Of a stretch of DNA of 64,000 nucleotides, positions 50,601-63,815 are shown one piece after another (the first letter of the stretch is position 1; each line of letters begins with the position of its first letter). The stretch is from Macrostomum hystrix. Lineage: Eukaryota; Animalia; Platyhelminthes. The stretch spans positions 2,790,001-2,854,000 of the forward strand of contig CATNEN010000029.1 in NCBI GenBank assembly GCA_950097015.1, given 5' to 3'. The position numbers and the translations under genes were made by a program. The notes below the pieces were generated by a model, which was given only the letters and a program-made list of their open reading frames with translations, had not been told where the DNA came from and searched no databases.

Positions 50601-53600
50601 GGGATAGCTGAGGAATCGATGGGATAACTGAGGAATCGATGGGATAACTGCGGAATTGATGGGATAACTGAGGAATCGATGGGATAACTGAGGAATCGAT
50701 AGGATAACTGAGGAATCGATGGGATAACTGAGGAATCGATGGGATAACTGAGGAATCGATGGGATAACTGAGGAATCGATGGGATAACTGAGGAATCGAT
50801 GGGATAACTGAGGAATCGATGGGATAACTGAGGAATCGATGGAATAACTGAGGAATCAATGGTATAACTGAGGAATCAATGGTATAACTGAGGAATCGAT
50901 GGGATAACTGAGGAATCAATGGGATAACTGAGGAATCAATGGGATAACTGAGGAATCAATGGGATAACTGAGGAATCGATGGAATAACTGAGGAATCAAT
51001 GGTATAACTGAGAAATCAATGGTATAACTGAGGAATCAATGGTATAACTGAGGAATCGATGGGATAAATAAGAAATCAATGGGATAAAGGAATCGAAAGG
51101 AATCGATGGGATAAATAAGGAATCATTGGGATAACTGAGGAATCAATAGGATAACTAAGAAATCGTAGGGATAAATTTTGGAATCAAGTAGCAAATATTA
51201 GGTAAGGTCAGGTCAGGTCAGTTAATACAAAAAAGCATTAGAATCAGTTCAAAATAACATCTCCTAGGAAAAGAAATCTGCTTGAGCACCGTGAGATGGG
51301 CTGAAGCAAAGCTAGCAATTATTAAAATGACTGCGTGTTAGAAGACTACGAGCTTATAACCCAAATACTACAAAGCAGATGAGGGATTGCAGCCACGCAT
51401 GAGCGACCATCCACTCCGACGTCTGCGCAGATTTGTTTTGGAAACAAAACTTTAATAAGTGCGTGGCAAATAGTGCGAGAACAATCACAACAATAGCAGG
51501 GGTGTACTTGCCGCTTGAGCACACTTCATTAATAAGGTTGAGACTGTGCATTTGAATAGGCTGAGATTGTTTATTTGAGTAGGCTGAGGCTCTTTATCTG
51601 AGCAGGTTAATACATTTTGTTTGAGTAGGTTGAGACAGTTTATTTGAGTAGGGTGGGACTGTTTATTTGAGTAGGCTGAGACAGTTTATTTGAGTAGGTT
51701 GAGACAGTTTATTTGAGTAGGCTGAGACAGTTAATTTGAGTAGGCTGAGACAGTTTATTTGAGTAGGTTGAGACAGTTTATTTGAGTAGGTTGAGACAGT
51801 TTATTTGAGTAGGTTGAGACAGTTTATTTGAGTAGGCTGAGACAGTTTATTTGAGTAGGCTGAGACAGTTTATTTGAGTAGGCTGAGACAGTTTATTTGA
51901 GTAGGTTGAGACAGTTTATTTGAGTAGGTTGAGACAGTTTATTTGAGTAGGCTGAGACAGTTTATTTGAGTAGGCTGAGACAGTTTATTTGAGTAGGTTG
52001 AGACAGTTTATTTGAGTAGGCTGAGACAGTTTATTTGAGTAGGCTGAGACAGTTTATTTGAGTAGGCTGAGACTGGTTATTTGAGTAGGCTGAGACAGTT
52101 TATTTGAGTAGGCTGAGACAGTTTATTTGAGTAGGCTGAGACAGTTTATTTGAGTAGGCTGAGACAGTTTATTTGAGTAGGTTGAGACAGTTTATTTGAG
52201 TAGGTTGAGACAGTTTATTTGAGTAGGCTGAGACAGTTTATTTGAGTAGGCTGAGACAGTTTATTTGAGTAGGTTGAGACAGTTTATTTGAGTAGGCTGA
52301 GACAGTTTATTTGAGTAGGCTGAGACAGTTTATTTGAGTAGGTTGAGACAGTTTATTTGAGTAGGCTGAGACAGTTTATTTGAGTAGGCTGAGACAGTTT
52401 ATTTGAGTAGGTTGAGACAGTTTATTTGAGTAGGTTGAGACAGTTTATTTGAGTAGGCTGAGACAGTTTATTTGAGTAGGCTGAGACAGTTTATTTGAGT
52501 AGGTTGAGACAGTTTATTTGAGTAGGCTGAGACAGTTTATTTGAGTAGGCTGAGACAGTTTATTTGAGTAGGCTGAGACTGTTTATTTGAGCACACAGGT
52601 GGTATAATTATAAGCAGAAATTAAATTTGTAGTCGAAATAAAAAACGCTGGAATAATTTGGAGCATTGAGCAGGACTGAGCAACCCACAGCTAGAGCGCA
52701 GTTAAAAGGCGGCATTCCTTGAATTTAATTTCTATTTACCAAAGAACGGATGGTAATTTTTTGAAGAAAGAAATTTCTTTGCATACCTTAAGCAAATAAT
52801 CAAGCAACCAAGCAATCAAACGATTCCTTGTAGAAGCACAATTTTTGGAAACTGAAAATTCTGCTTTTAGGCTTTATACACATCATCTCTACTCAGTCAC
52901 TCTCTCGTCACTTCTCTCTCGTGTCGCACCAGAAAAGCAAACAGGCCGCGCGTTTTGGCCGGCTTTTAGCAGAGATTTTGAACGACCCAAGAAAACTACT
53001 TCTGGCCCATTTTTGAGAGGGCATGGGGAGGCGGGCGCGAGGGACGGTCTAGAGGTGGATTTGGGGCGAACTTTGATGGCATCCTGGCGCGGTGTTTAAA
53101 ACCAATCGAGAACGGCTGACACGCGATGAAGGCAAATAATGGAATACATTTTAGCGGCTCGGGACTAAGGTACCGAGGTACTAAGGTACTAAGGTACTCT
53201 GCATCTCCTACACTGCATCTCCCACACTGCATCTCCCACACTGCATCTCCCACACTGCATCTCCCACACTGCATCTCCCACACTGCATCTCCTACACTGC
53301 ATCTCCCACACTGCATCTCCCACACTGCATCTCCCACACTGCATCTCCCACACTGCATCTCCCACACTGCATCTCCCACACTGAATCTCCCACACTGCAT
53401 CTCCTACACTGCATCTCCTACACTGCATCTCCCACACTGCATCTCCAACACTGCATCTCCCACACTGCATCTCCCACACTGCATCTCCCACACTGCATCT
53501 CCCACACTGCATCTCCCACAATGCATCTCCTACACTGCACACTCTCATGCAATTGTTTGGCAAAGTAGAAGACTAAAAGCAAAAAAGCGCAGCCGGCTAC

Positions 53601-56600
53601 CTTGGCAATTTCTCCGATAGGATCGATAATGCCGTGCGAATAGGACGGCGAGCTGCCCACCAGCTGAAAAAGGACAAGAGTTATTACTAATAAGTGCAAA
53701 AGCGCCGAACCCGTTTCTGCCCCGTTTGCCCTGATCTACCCCCGTTTAATCCACCTCCTGTCTGACCTACCCCCGTTTAATCCATCGCCTGTCTGATCTG
53801 CCCCGTTTAATCCATCCCCTGTCTGATCTGCCCCGTTTAATCCAACGCCTGTCTGATCTGCCCCGTTTAATCCATCCCCTGTCTGATCGCCCCCGTTTAA
53901 TCCATCTCCTGTCTGATCTACCCCCGTTTAATCCATCCCCTGTCTGATCTACCCCCGTTTAATCCATCCCCTGTCTGATCCGCCCCGTTTAATCCATCTC
54001 CTGTCTGATCCGTCCCGTTTAATCCATCCCCTGTCTGATCCCCCCGTTTAATCCATCCCCTGTCTGATATACCCCCGTTTAATCCATCTCCTGTCTGATC
54101 TGCCCCGTTTAATCCATCCCCTGTCTGATCCACCCCGTTTAATCCATCCCCTGTCTGATCTGCCCCTTTTAATCCATCCCCTGTCTGATCTGCCCCGTTT
54201 AATCCATCCCCTGTCTGATCTGCCCCGTTTAATCCATCCCCTGTCTGATCTGCCCCGTTTAATCCATCCCCTGTCTGATCTACCCCCGTTTAATCCATCC
54301 CCTGTCTGATCTGCCCCGTTTAATCCATCTCCTGTCTGATCTACCCCCGTTTAATCCATATCCTGTCTGATCTGCCCCGTTTAATCCATCGCCTGTCTGA
54401 TCTGCCCCGTTTAATCCATCCCCTGTCTGATCTGCCCCGTTTAATCCATCCCCTGTCTGATCCACCCCGTTTAATCCATCCCCTGTCTGATCTGCCCCTT
54501 TTAATCCATCCCCTGTCTGATCTGCCCCGTTTAATCCATCCCCTGTCTGATCTGCCCCGTTTAATCCATCCCCTGTCTGATCTGCCCCTTTTAATCCATC
54601 CCCTGTCTGATCCACCCCGTTTAATCCATCCCCTGTCTGATCTGCCCCTTTTAATCCATCCCCTGTCTGATCTGCCCCGTTTAATCCATCCCCTGTCTGA
54701 TCTGCCCCGTTTAATCCATCCCCTGTCTGATCTTCCCCCGTTTAATCCATCCCCTGTCTGATCTGCCCCGTTTAATCCATCTCCTGTCTGATCTACCCCC
54801 GTTTAATCCATCTCCTGTCTGATCTGCCCCGTTTAATCCATCGCCTGTCTGATCTGCCCCGTTTAATCCATCCCCTGTCTGATCTGCCCCGTTTAATCCA
54901 TCGCCTGTCTGATCTGCCCCGTTTAATCCATCCCCTGTCTGATCTGCCCCGTTTAATCCATCGCCTGTCTGATCTGCCCCGTTTAATCCATCCCCTGTCT
55001 GATCTGCCCCGTTTAACCTCTCTCCTGCCTTCTCCACTTAATCCCCCGCTTGATCTGTCGTATCCTGCAGAACCCTGAGTTAGAGCACTAAGTGAGTCTA
55101 CATACCATGCAGGTATTCTTGTTAATAGCGGCCTTCATCGCAGCCACGTCTACACGACCGTCTGGCATGGTGGGAATGTGCACGATTCGCAGCCTCAGGT
55201 AGTGAGCCGCCTGAGCATTTGGCGATGTGAATCGGGACAATTGTGTGAGAAATGCTATGAGAAATGCACAGAATTAAGAGAGATATATTAGCATAGCTAT
55301 GAGAAATGCACATAGTCAGGTGAGATATGAGAATAGCTATGAGAAATGCACATAGTCAGGTGAGATATGAGAATAGCTATGAGAAATGCACATAGTCAGG
55401 TGAGATATGAGAATAGCTATGAGAAATGCACAGAATTAAGAGAGATATATTAGCATAGCTATGAGAAATGCACAGAATTAAGAGAGAGATATGAGAATAG
55501 CTATGAGAAATGCACAGAATTAAGAGAGATATATTAGCATAGCTATGAGAAATGCACAGAATTAAGAGAGAGATATGAGAATAGCTATGAGAAATGCACA
55601 GAGTCAGGTGAGATATGAGAATAGCTATGAGAAATGCACAGAATTAAGAGAGATATGAGAATAGCTATGAGAAATGCACAGAATTAAGAGAGATATGATC
55701 ATAGAGATATGATGATCATAGAGAAATGAGAAATGCACAGAGTCAGGAGAGATATGAGAATAGCTATGAGAAATGCACATAGTCAGGTGAGATATGAGAA
55801 TAGCTATGAGAAATGCACAGAATTAAGAGAGATATATTAGCATAGCTATGAGAAATGCACATAGTCAGGTGAGATATGAGAATAGCTATGAGAAATGCAC
55901 ATAGTCAGGTGAGATATGAGAATAGCTATGAGAAATGCACATAGTCAGGTGAGATATGAGAATAGCTATGAGAAATGCACAGAATTAAGAGAGATATATT
56001 AGCATAGCTATGAGAAATGCACAGAATTAAGAGAGAGATATGAGAATAGCTATGAGAAATGCACAGAATTAAGAGAGATATATTAGCATAGCTATGAGAA
56101 ATGCACAGAATTAAGAGAGAGATATGAGAATAGCTATGAGAAATGCACAGAGTCAGGTGAGATATGAGAATAGCTATGAGAAATGCACAGAATTAAGAGA
56201 GATAGGAGCATAGCTGTGAGAAATGCACAGAATTAAGAGAGATATGAGCATAGCTATGAGAAATGCACAGAATTAAGAGAGATATGATCATAGAGATATG
56301 ATGATCATAGAGAAATGAGAAATGCACAGAGTCAGGAGAGATATGAGAACATCTTACCTTATCAAAGGCAGCATGAGCTGTGCTCGATACAATCCTGAAA
56401 AGGCAATTGTTGGCATCGTGTTAAAAGATATTAGCAAATATTTTGTATAGTGTAACAAACAGAGTGTAATAAACAGATAGTGAAGATAGTAAAATTGGGA
56501 ATAGACCAGTCGTGATTGACAGGTAGGTAGCCAGCGAGCCACTGTCAAATTCAATCACTGGGCACAAAACACTCAGCGGTTCTGACAATGTCTAGCCGAG

Positions 56601-59600
56601 CGCATTGAGATCAAAGCCACCTTGACTTAACCAGGCAATTGTAAAGTCGAGTTCGGGCTATGGATTAAAAAATAAATATGCAAATAGGGGCAAAAGTCAA
56701 TATAGGCCAGAATACTATTTCTAATCAGAATTCTGTAGTGAAGTATATATACTCGTGTATATAGACAGACATTAGTCTATCACAGCTATATCAAATTACA
56801 GTCAATCTACTTATTCAGTGTGCCGATGGAATTAAAAAAGGGAAAATCCCAATTCTCCAATCCTCTATACATGAAATTCATCGGCCTAAATGCCGGATTT
56901 CGACTGACAGCCTTTCTTCTCGTGGGAAATAACGAGAAAACCTGGTTGAAAGAAGTTTTAATATGATTATCCGGAGCTAAGTTTCACATTCTCAAGGTTA
57001 TGGGGACAGGATTAGCACATGCATTTAGCTCTGCTGCACTGTAGTGGAATAAGAGTGCTTGTGTAAGCTTAAAAGAATTTCTTTACAAATTGTCCTCGAA
57101 TTCCGCAAAATTTTGCGGAATAGCAACTATGCAAAAACTCAAAGCGTCGGTGTCTTTCACGGAAGTGAAATTAAGTGTCTTTCGACATTGTGAAATTCGG
57201 GTTTTATAAGAGCTGGGTGTCTTTCGGCAGTGTGAAATTCAGGGTTTATAAGAGATGGGTGTCTTTCGACATTGTGAAATTCAGGGTTTATAAGAGATGG
57301 GTGTCTTTCGACATTGTGAAATTCAGGGTTATAAAAGAGCTGGGTGTCTTTCGACATTGTGAAATTCAGGGTTTATGAGAGCTGGGTGTCTTTCGACATT
57401 GTGAAATTCAGGGTTTATGAGAGCTGGGTGTCTTTTGACATTGTGAAATTCAGGGTTTATGAGAGCTGGGTGTCTTTTGACATTGTGAAATTCAGGGTTT
57501 ATAAGAGATGGGTGTCTTTCGACATTGTGAAATTCAGGGTTTATAAGAGATGGGTGTCTTTCGACATTGTGAAATTCAGGGTTTATAAGTGATGGGTGTC
57601 TTTCGACATTGTGAAATTCAGGGTTTATAAGAGATGGGTGTCTTTCGACATTGTGAAATTCAGGGTTTATAAGAGATGGGTGTCTTTCGACATTGTGAAA
57701 TTCAGGGTTTATAAGTGATGGGTGTCTTTCGACATTGTGAAATTCAGGGTTTATGAGAGATGGGTGTCTTTTGACATTGTGAAATTCAGGGTTTATGAGA
57801 GCTGGGTGTCTTTCGACATTGTGAAATTCAGGGTTTATGAGAGCTGGGTGTCTTTCGACATTGTGAAATTCAGGGTTTATGAGAGCTGGGTGTCTTTCGA
57901 CATTGTGAAATTCAGGGTTTATGAGAGCTGGGTGTCTTTCGACAGTGTGAAATTCGGGTTTTATAAGAGCTGGGTGTCTTTCGACATTGTGAAATTCAGG
58001 GTTTATGAGAGCTGGGTGTCTTTCGACATTGTGAAATTCAGGGTTTATAAGAGCTGGGTGTCTTTCGACATTGTGAAATTCAGGGTTTATGAGAGCTGGG
58101 TGTCTTTCGACATTGTGAAATTCAGGGTTTATGAGAGCTGGGTGTCTTTCGACAGTGTGAAATTCGGGTTTTATAAGAGATGGGTGTCTTTCGACATTGT
58201 GAAATTCAGGGTTTATAAGAGATGGGTGTCTTTCGACATTGTGAAATTCAGGGTTTATAAGAGATGGGTGTCTTTCGACATTGTGAAATTCAGGGTTTAT
58301 AAGAGATGGGTGTCTTTCGACATTGTGAAATTCAGGGTTTATAAGAGCTGGGTGTCTTTCGACATTGTGAAATTCAGGGTTTATGAGAGCTGGGTGTCTT
58401 TCGACATTGTGAAATTCAGGGTTTATGAGAGCTGGGTGTCTTTTGACATTGTGAAATTCAGGGTTTATGAGAGCTGGGTGTCTTTTGACATTGTGAAATT
58501 CAGGGTTTATAAGAGATGGGTGTCTTTCGACATTGTGAAATTCAGGGTTTATAAGAGATGGGTGTCTTTCGACATTGTGAAATTCAGGGTTATAAAAGAG
58601 CTGGGTGTCTTTCGACATTGTGAAATTCAGGGTTTATAAGAGATGGGTGTCTTTCGACATTGTGAAATTCAGGGTTTATAAGTGATGGGTGTCTTTCGAC
58701 ATTGTGAAATTCAGGGTTTATAAGAGATGGGTGTCTTTCGACATTGTGAAATTCAGGGTTTATAAGAGATGGGTGTCTTTCGACATTGTGAAATTCAGGG
58801 TTTATAAGTGATGGGTGTCTTTCGACATTGTGAAATTCAGGGTTTATAAGAGATGGGTGTCTTTCGACATTGTGAAATTCAGGGTTTATAAGAGATGGGT
58901 GTCTTTCGACATTGTGAAATTCAGGGTTTATAAGTGATGGGTGTCTTTCGACATTGTGAAATTCAGGGTTTATGAGAGATGGGTGTCTTTTGACATTGTG
59001 AAATTCAGGGTTTATGAGAGCTGGGTGTCTTTCGACATTGTGAAATTCAGGGTTTATGAGAGCTGGGTGTCTTTCGACATTGTGAAATTCAGGGTTTATG
59101 AGAGCTGGGTGTCTTTCGACATTGTGAAATTCAGGGTTTATGAGAGCTGGGTGTCTTTCGACAGTGTGAAATTCGGGTTTTATAAGAGCTGGGTGTCTTT
59201 CGACATTGTGAAATTCAGGGTTTATGAGAGCTGGGTGTCTTTCGACATTGTGAAATTCAGGGTTTATAAGAGCTGGGTGTCTTTCGACATTGTGAAATTC
59301 AGGGTTTATGAGAGCTGGGTGTCTTTCGACATTGTGAAATTCAGGGTTTATGAGAGCTGGGTGTCTTTCGACAGTGTGAAATTCGGGTTTTATAAGAGAT
59401 GGGTGTCTTTCGACATTGTGAAATTCAGGGTTTATAAGAGATGGGTGTCTTTCGACATTGTGAAATTCAGGGTTTATAAGAGATGGGTGTCTTTCGACAT
59501 TGTGAAATTCAGGGTTTATAAGAGATGGGTGTCTTTCGACATTGTGAAATTCAGGGTTTATAAGAGCTGGGTGTCTTTCGACATTGTGAAATTCAGGGTT

Positions 59601-62600
59601 TATGAGAGCTGGGTGTCTTTCGACATTGTGAAATTCAGGGTTTATGAGAGCTGGGTGTCTTTTGACATTGTGAAATTCAGGGTTTATGAGAGCTGGGTGT
59701 CTTTTGACATTGTGAAATTCAGGGTTTATAAGAGATGGGTGTCTTTCGACATTGTGAAATTCAGGGTTTATAAGAGATGGGTGTCTTTCGACATTGTGAA
59801 ATTCAGGGTTTATAAGTGATGGGTGTCTTTCGACATTGTGAAATTCAGGGTTTATGAGAGCTGGGTGTCTTTCGACATTGTGAAATTCAGGGTTTATGAG
59901 AGCTGGGTGTCTTTCGACATTGTGAAATTCAGGGTTTATAAGAGCTGGGTGTCTTTCGACATTGTGAAATTCAGGGTTTATAAGAGATGGGTGTCTTTCG
60001 ACATTGTGAAATTCAGGGTTTATAAGAGCTGGGTGTCTTTCGACATTGTGAAATTCAGGGTTTATAAGAGATGGGTGTCTTTCGACATTGTGAAATTCAG
60101 GGTTTATAAGAGATGGGTGTCTTTCGACATTGTGAAATTCAGGGTTTATAAGAGATGGGTGTCTTTCGACATTGTGAAATTCAGGGTTTATAAGAGCTGG
60201 GTGTCTTTCGACATTGCGAAATTCAGAGTTTAAGAGATTAGGGCAGATCCCAGGAGAAAAACCAGCAAAACAGGTGGAACAGGCGAGAAATAAACACAGA
60301 GAGAAAGTACAGGCAAGTATCTTTAGCAACGCCAAAATTAGGATAGATAGGCCTGCAGCTGTTTATAGCCTAGTTTGAAGCCGGAATATTAATATCGCGT
60401 GCTAATATTTCTCTGATTTGATGAAGTTGATCAGCTTTTAACCATTACTACCGCTAATATTGCTGCGGCTACTTGAGTCCCAGTGTTGTAGCAAGAGTAC
60501 CAAAAGAGCGAGATACAATGGAGCGAGATTTCATTTAATTTAAGCTTTCCGATGTAGCACAAAGTCGATAATTTGGTTGGCTAAGATCCGACTTAAAACA
60601 GTTAAAATTTACGATTCCGGCCAAAATAATCATATATAAAAGGCTAAAAATTGAGAGAAGTCAGGCCGGCACAAAAACGGGACTGGTGAGACTGCGTGGA
60701 GAACACAAGCCAGCTGGGGTCGGTGGCAAAAATTTGGGTCAGATTCGAATACGAATTTAAAAGTTCAGCAAGGTAAAATAAGCATGGAAAGGCATTTCTA
60801 TGCGTAAGAAACCATTTTACTGCCTAGTATAGTTATGTGCTATACAATTCCGACCATTTTTTACCATAGACATTTAGCTATTAAAGGCGGGCATTAAACA
60901 ACATGAGGTTGCTCATTGGTGATTGGTAGGAAAACCAGCAGGATTTCTATGAAAAATATACTCGCAGAATTATTTTCTTCGAAAATGAAATAGAAGAGTG
61001 TCGAGGAAATAAACAAATTGTTACTCGGAAGATCTAATATCAGTAATTCCAGAAATATATAATAACCTGATTTCTATAATTTACATATAGCCTTTCTGAA
61101 AGCACTTGGTGTATTTTCTAAGAAGCCTGGCCTGATTTCCTACAATCATGACAGATTTAAAATAAAGTAACAATATTTCTAACTATAAATACTGTGCTAC
61201 GCAAATACGAGACCAAACAGACTATTTAAACAGACAAATCCTGACACAGATTTGCTCAAGAATGTATCAAGATTTAGGGGGGTCGGTGGCAGAGCGGCTA
61301 ACGCGCTGTCTCTCGCACCAAGGTCCCTAAGTTCGATTCCACGGCGAGGCCACATTTATTTGGGGCGCAGCCGGGGAGAGAAGGCTTAGGGGCTTGTCGT
61401 GCCATTTACGCCCTTGAGGGCCAACCTCCAAGGCGCAGTGAAGTGTACACTGTCTGACGGTGAGAAAGTCAGGGCAGATGTACACATCTGTGTGAGCGTA
61501 TACCTGAGTAGGGTATTTGTGTGCGTGTGTGCTCAGGAGTCAGCGAAATGGGCAGAATTGCCTCCCGCTGGCTGCGGGTCGAGTGTCACTTAATGATGTG
61601 CCATTGCCAGCAGCCCTCCTGCAATTATTATTATTATTATTAATAAGATTTAGCAACCAGAAATTCGTAAGGAATTTTGCATTTCTTAGAAAAAACTAGA
61701 AGCAAATGGAAACGCGCCAGCTACTCACATCTGGGGATACCGGATGCCCTTCTCGTAGGCCAGATTTCTGTAGGCCAAGGTGGCCATCATAATGCTCTCA
61801 GTGCCGCCGGAAGTGGTCTGCTCAATCATTGTGAATTTTAAAGTGGGATTCGTTTCAACTTAAAATCCAATTTTTATTTAAAGTAATGTTTACAATACTT
61901 CTGACCAAGAGTAGAGAAAAAACGGATGAAGCACGCAAAAATAGTTGATGAGCCTCTTGACGCAAAATAGGTGAGAAATTTGACGCGATTGAACTGAGGG
62001 TTACATTTTAGTGAGTCACGCAAAGAAAAGATCGTCTTGTTTTGCAGGAAACTTTAAAGTAGCATTTCATAAAAATAAACCTGATTGTCTACTCATATAA
62101 GTAGCGAAGGAAAATTCTCCAATTCAAATATTCATCTACAGTAGATAGTCAGTTATGAAAGTTTTGAGAAAGCGATAAGAATGCTCAGCTCGATAACACC
62201 TCTACATGGAGCATATGCACATGCAAGAGTGAGACAGCTAAACAGCGGTGATAAGAGATTGAAAAATTCACTTTAACAAATTGAAAATCTAAGTCAAGAG
62301 TGACGCAAGAAATATAATGGCAATAGCAGAATAGAACCGGTAAGAGACTTGCAACTATAAACTGCTGTGCCACAAGTACAGTACTTGGACTTCTCATGTA
62401 GAATCAAATCGGGCAAGTTACTAGGTGACAATTAAGAATCCGGAGAAAAAAAGTGATGCAAAAACAACTGAAAAGAAGTTAATTTTGACAAAAAGTTCTT
62501 GAAGCTTTCATAAGTTCACAATTAATGGAAATGGAAGGAGACTCACACAGCCGCAAGCCTCATCGTCGCCATTGAACAATCGGCATGTCATGCTGACTAC

Positions 62601-63815
62601 CTCGGCTTCCATGCGGCGCACATCGTTGAAAACCTCCGGGTGAAGAGGGTTTGTCCATGCGAACTCCTTGTAGATCTGGAGTAAAGGGGATAGGGATTAC
62701 TCAATCAGCTGCTGTCTACTGAGGGATTACTCAATCAGCTGCTGTCTACTGAGGGATTACTCAATCAGCTGACTGTCTACTGAGGGATTACTCAATCAGC
62801 TGCTGTCTACTGAGGGATTACTCAATCAGCTGCTGTCTACTGAGGGATTACTCAATCAGCTGACTGTCTACTGAGGGATTACTCAATCAGCTGCTGTCTA
62901 CTGAGGGATTACTCAATCAGCTGACTGTCTACTGAGGGATTACTCAATCAGCTGCTGTCTACTGAGGGATTACTCAATCAGCTGACTGTCTACTGAGGGA
63001 TTACTCAATCAGCTGACTGTCTACTGAGGGATTACTCAATCAGCTGACTGTCTACTGAGGGATTACTCAATCAGCTGACTGTCTACTGAGGGATTACTCA
63101 ATCAGCTGACTGTCTACTGAGGGATTACTCAATCAGCTGACTGTCTACTGAGGGATTACTCAATCAGCTGACTGTCTACTGAAGGATTACTCAATCAGCT
63201 GACTGTCTACTGAGGGATTACTCAATCAGCTGCTGTCTACTGATGGATTACTCAATCAGCTGACTGTCTACTGAGGGATTACTCAATCAGCTGCTGTCTA
63301 CTGATGGATTACTCAATCAGCTGACTGTCTACTGAGGGATTACTCAATCAGCTGCTGTCTACTGAGGGATTACTCAATCAGCTGCTGTCTACTGAGGGAT
63401 TACTCAATCAGCTGCTGTCTACTGAGGGATTACTCAATCAGCTGACTGTCTACTGAGGGATTACTCAATCAGCTGACTGTCTACTGAGGGATTACTCAAT
63501 CAGCTGACTGTCTACTGAGGGATTACTCAATCAGCTGACTGTCTACTAAGGGATTACTCAATCAGCTGCTGTCTACTGAGGAAATTTACTCCATCAGCTG
63601 CTCTCTACTGAAAGATTACAATTTTTGTTTTTAAACATCTAAAAACGCACAAAATATTGTAAATATATTACAATAGCAAATAAATTTGGGAAACTCACCT
63701 GTGCATTCAAATCCGTGAGCTCCTTGCCACCGTGATAAACAGTGCCAGACACTGAGCCATTCGCCCAGTTGACTGACGCCGCTTTGTAGTCCAGCGCCAC
63801 ATTAACCACTTCGGC
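43948..63815 (-). CDS. SGPL1: Sphingosine-1-phosphate lyase (PLP-dependent), 5'-partial; exons 63699-63815, 62547-62675, 61729-61817, 56358-56394, 55106-55210, 53601-53663, 47211-47357, 46640-46760, 45960-46077, 45713-45859, 44120-44240, 43948-44040
   Basis: Motifs [70 protein letters not shown] (PLP lysine), [23 protein letters not shown]. All 11 introns are GT-AG and in phase (1287 nt = 429 codons). N-terminal exons lie beyond the window. Confidence 0.97.
44270..45355. repeat. 34-bp minisatellite in SGPL1 intron
   Basis: Unit TCACACCAAACTGCCACTTGACAGCCCTTGCTCA. Confidence 0.96.
46125..46570. repeat. 22-bp minisatellite in SGPL1 intron
   Basis: Unit GGGGATCAGGGATGACAGTGTA. Confidence 0.94.
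46880..47170. repeat. 39-bp G-rich minisatellite in SGPL1 intron
   Basis: Unit GGGTTGGGAAGGGAGTGAGGTTGGCGGCTATGTACACTT. Confidence 0.92.
48280..49505. repeat. 41-bp minisatellite in SGPL1 intron
   Basis: Unit CACTCAGGTGGGACAATAGCAGCCTGATGCACACACTGAAA. Confidence 0.96.
50265..51180. repeat. 20-bp minisatellite in SGPL1 intron
   Basis: Unit GGGATAACTGAGGAATCGAT. Confidence 0.96.
51555..52590. repeat. 23-bp minisatellite in SGPL1 intron
   Basis: Unit GAGTAGGCTGAGACAGTTTATTT. Confidence 0.96.
53200..53540. repeat. 14-bp minisatellite in SGPL1 intron
   Basis: Unit ACTGCATCTCCCAC. Confidence 0.96.
53735..55020. repeat. 30/31-bp minisatellite in SGPL1 intron
   Basis: Unit CTGTCTGATCTGCCCCGTTTAATCCATCCC. 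Confidence 0.96.
55250..56350. repeat. About 40-bp minisatellite filling an SGPL1 intron
   Basis: Unit GCTATGAGAAATGCACATAGTCAGGTGAGATATGAGAATA and variants. Confidence 0.95.
57170..60235. repeat. 42-bp minisatellite in SGPL1 intron
   Basis: Unit GGGTGTCTTTCGACATTGTGAAATTCAGGGTTTATAAGAGAT, about 73 units. Confidence 0.98.
61277..61645 (+). mobile_element. tRNA-derived SINE-like family A, apparently full length with (ATT)n tail
   Basis: A-box TGGCAGAGCGG, B-box GTTCGATTCC, body shared with the 14200 and 20385 copies, ATT-repeat tail. Confidence 0.85.
62690..63595. repeat. 30/31-bp minisatellite in SGPL1 intron
   Basis: Unit GAGGGATTACTCAATCAGCTG(A)CTGTCTACT, abutting the 62675 acceptor. Confidence 0.96.

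Noticed and set aside
61277-61350. Possible tRNA gene
   Set aside because: A- and B-boxes are present, but I see no convincing acceptor stem and the sequence continues into a repeated body and tail, so it is a SINE head.
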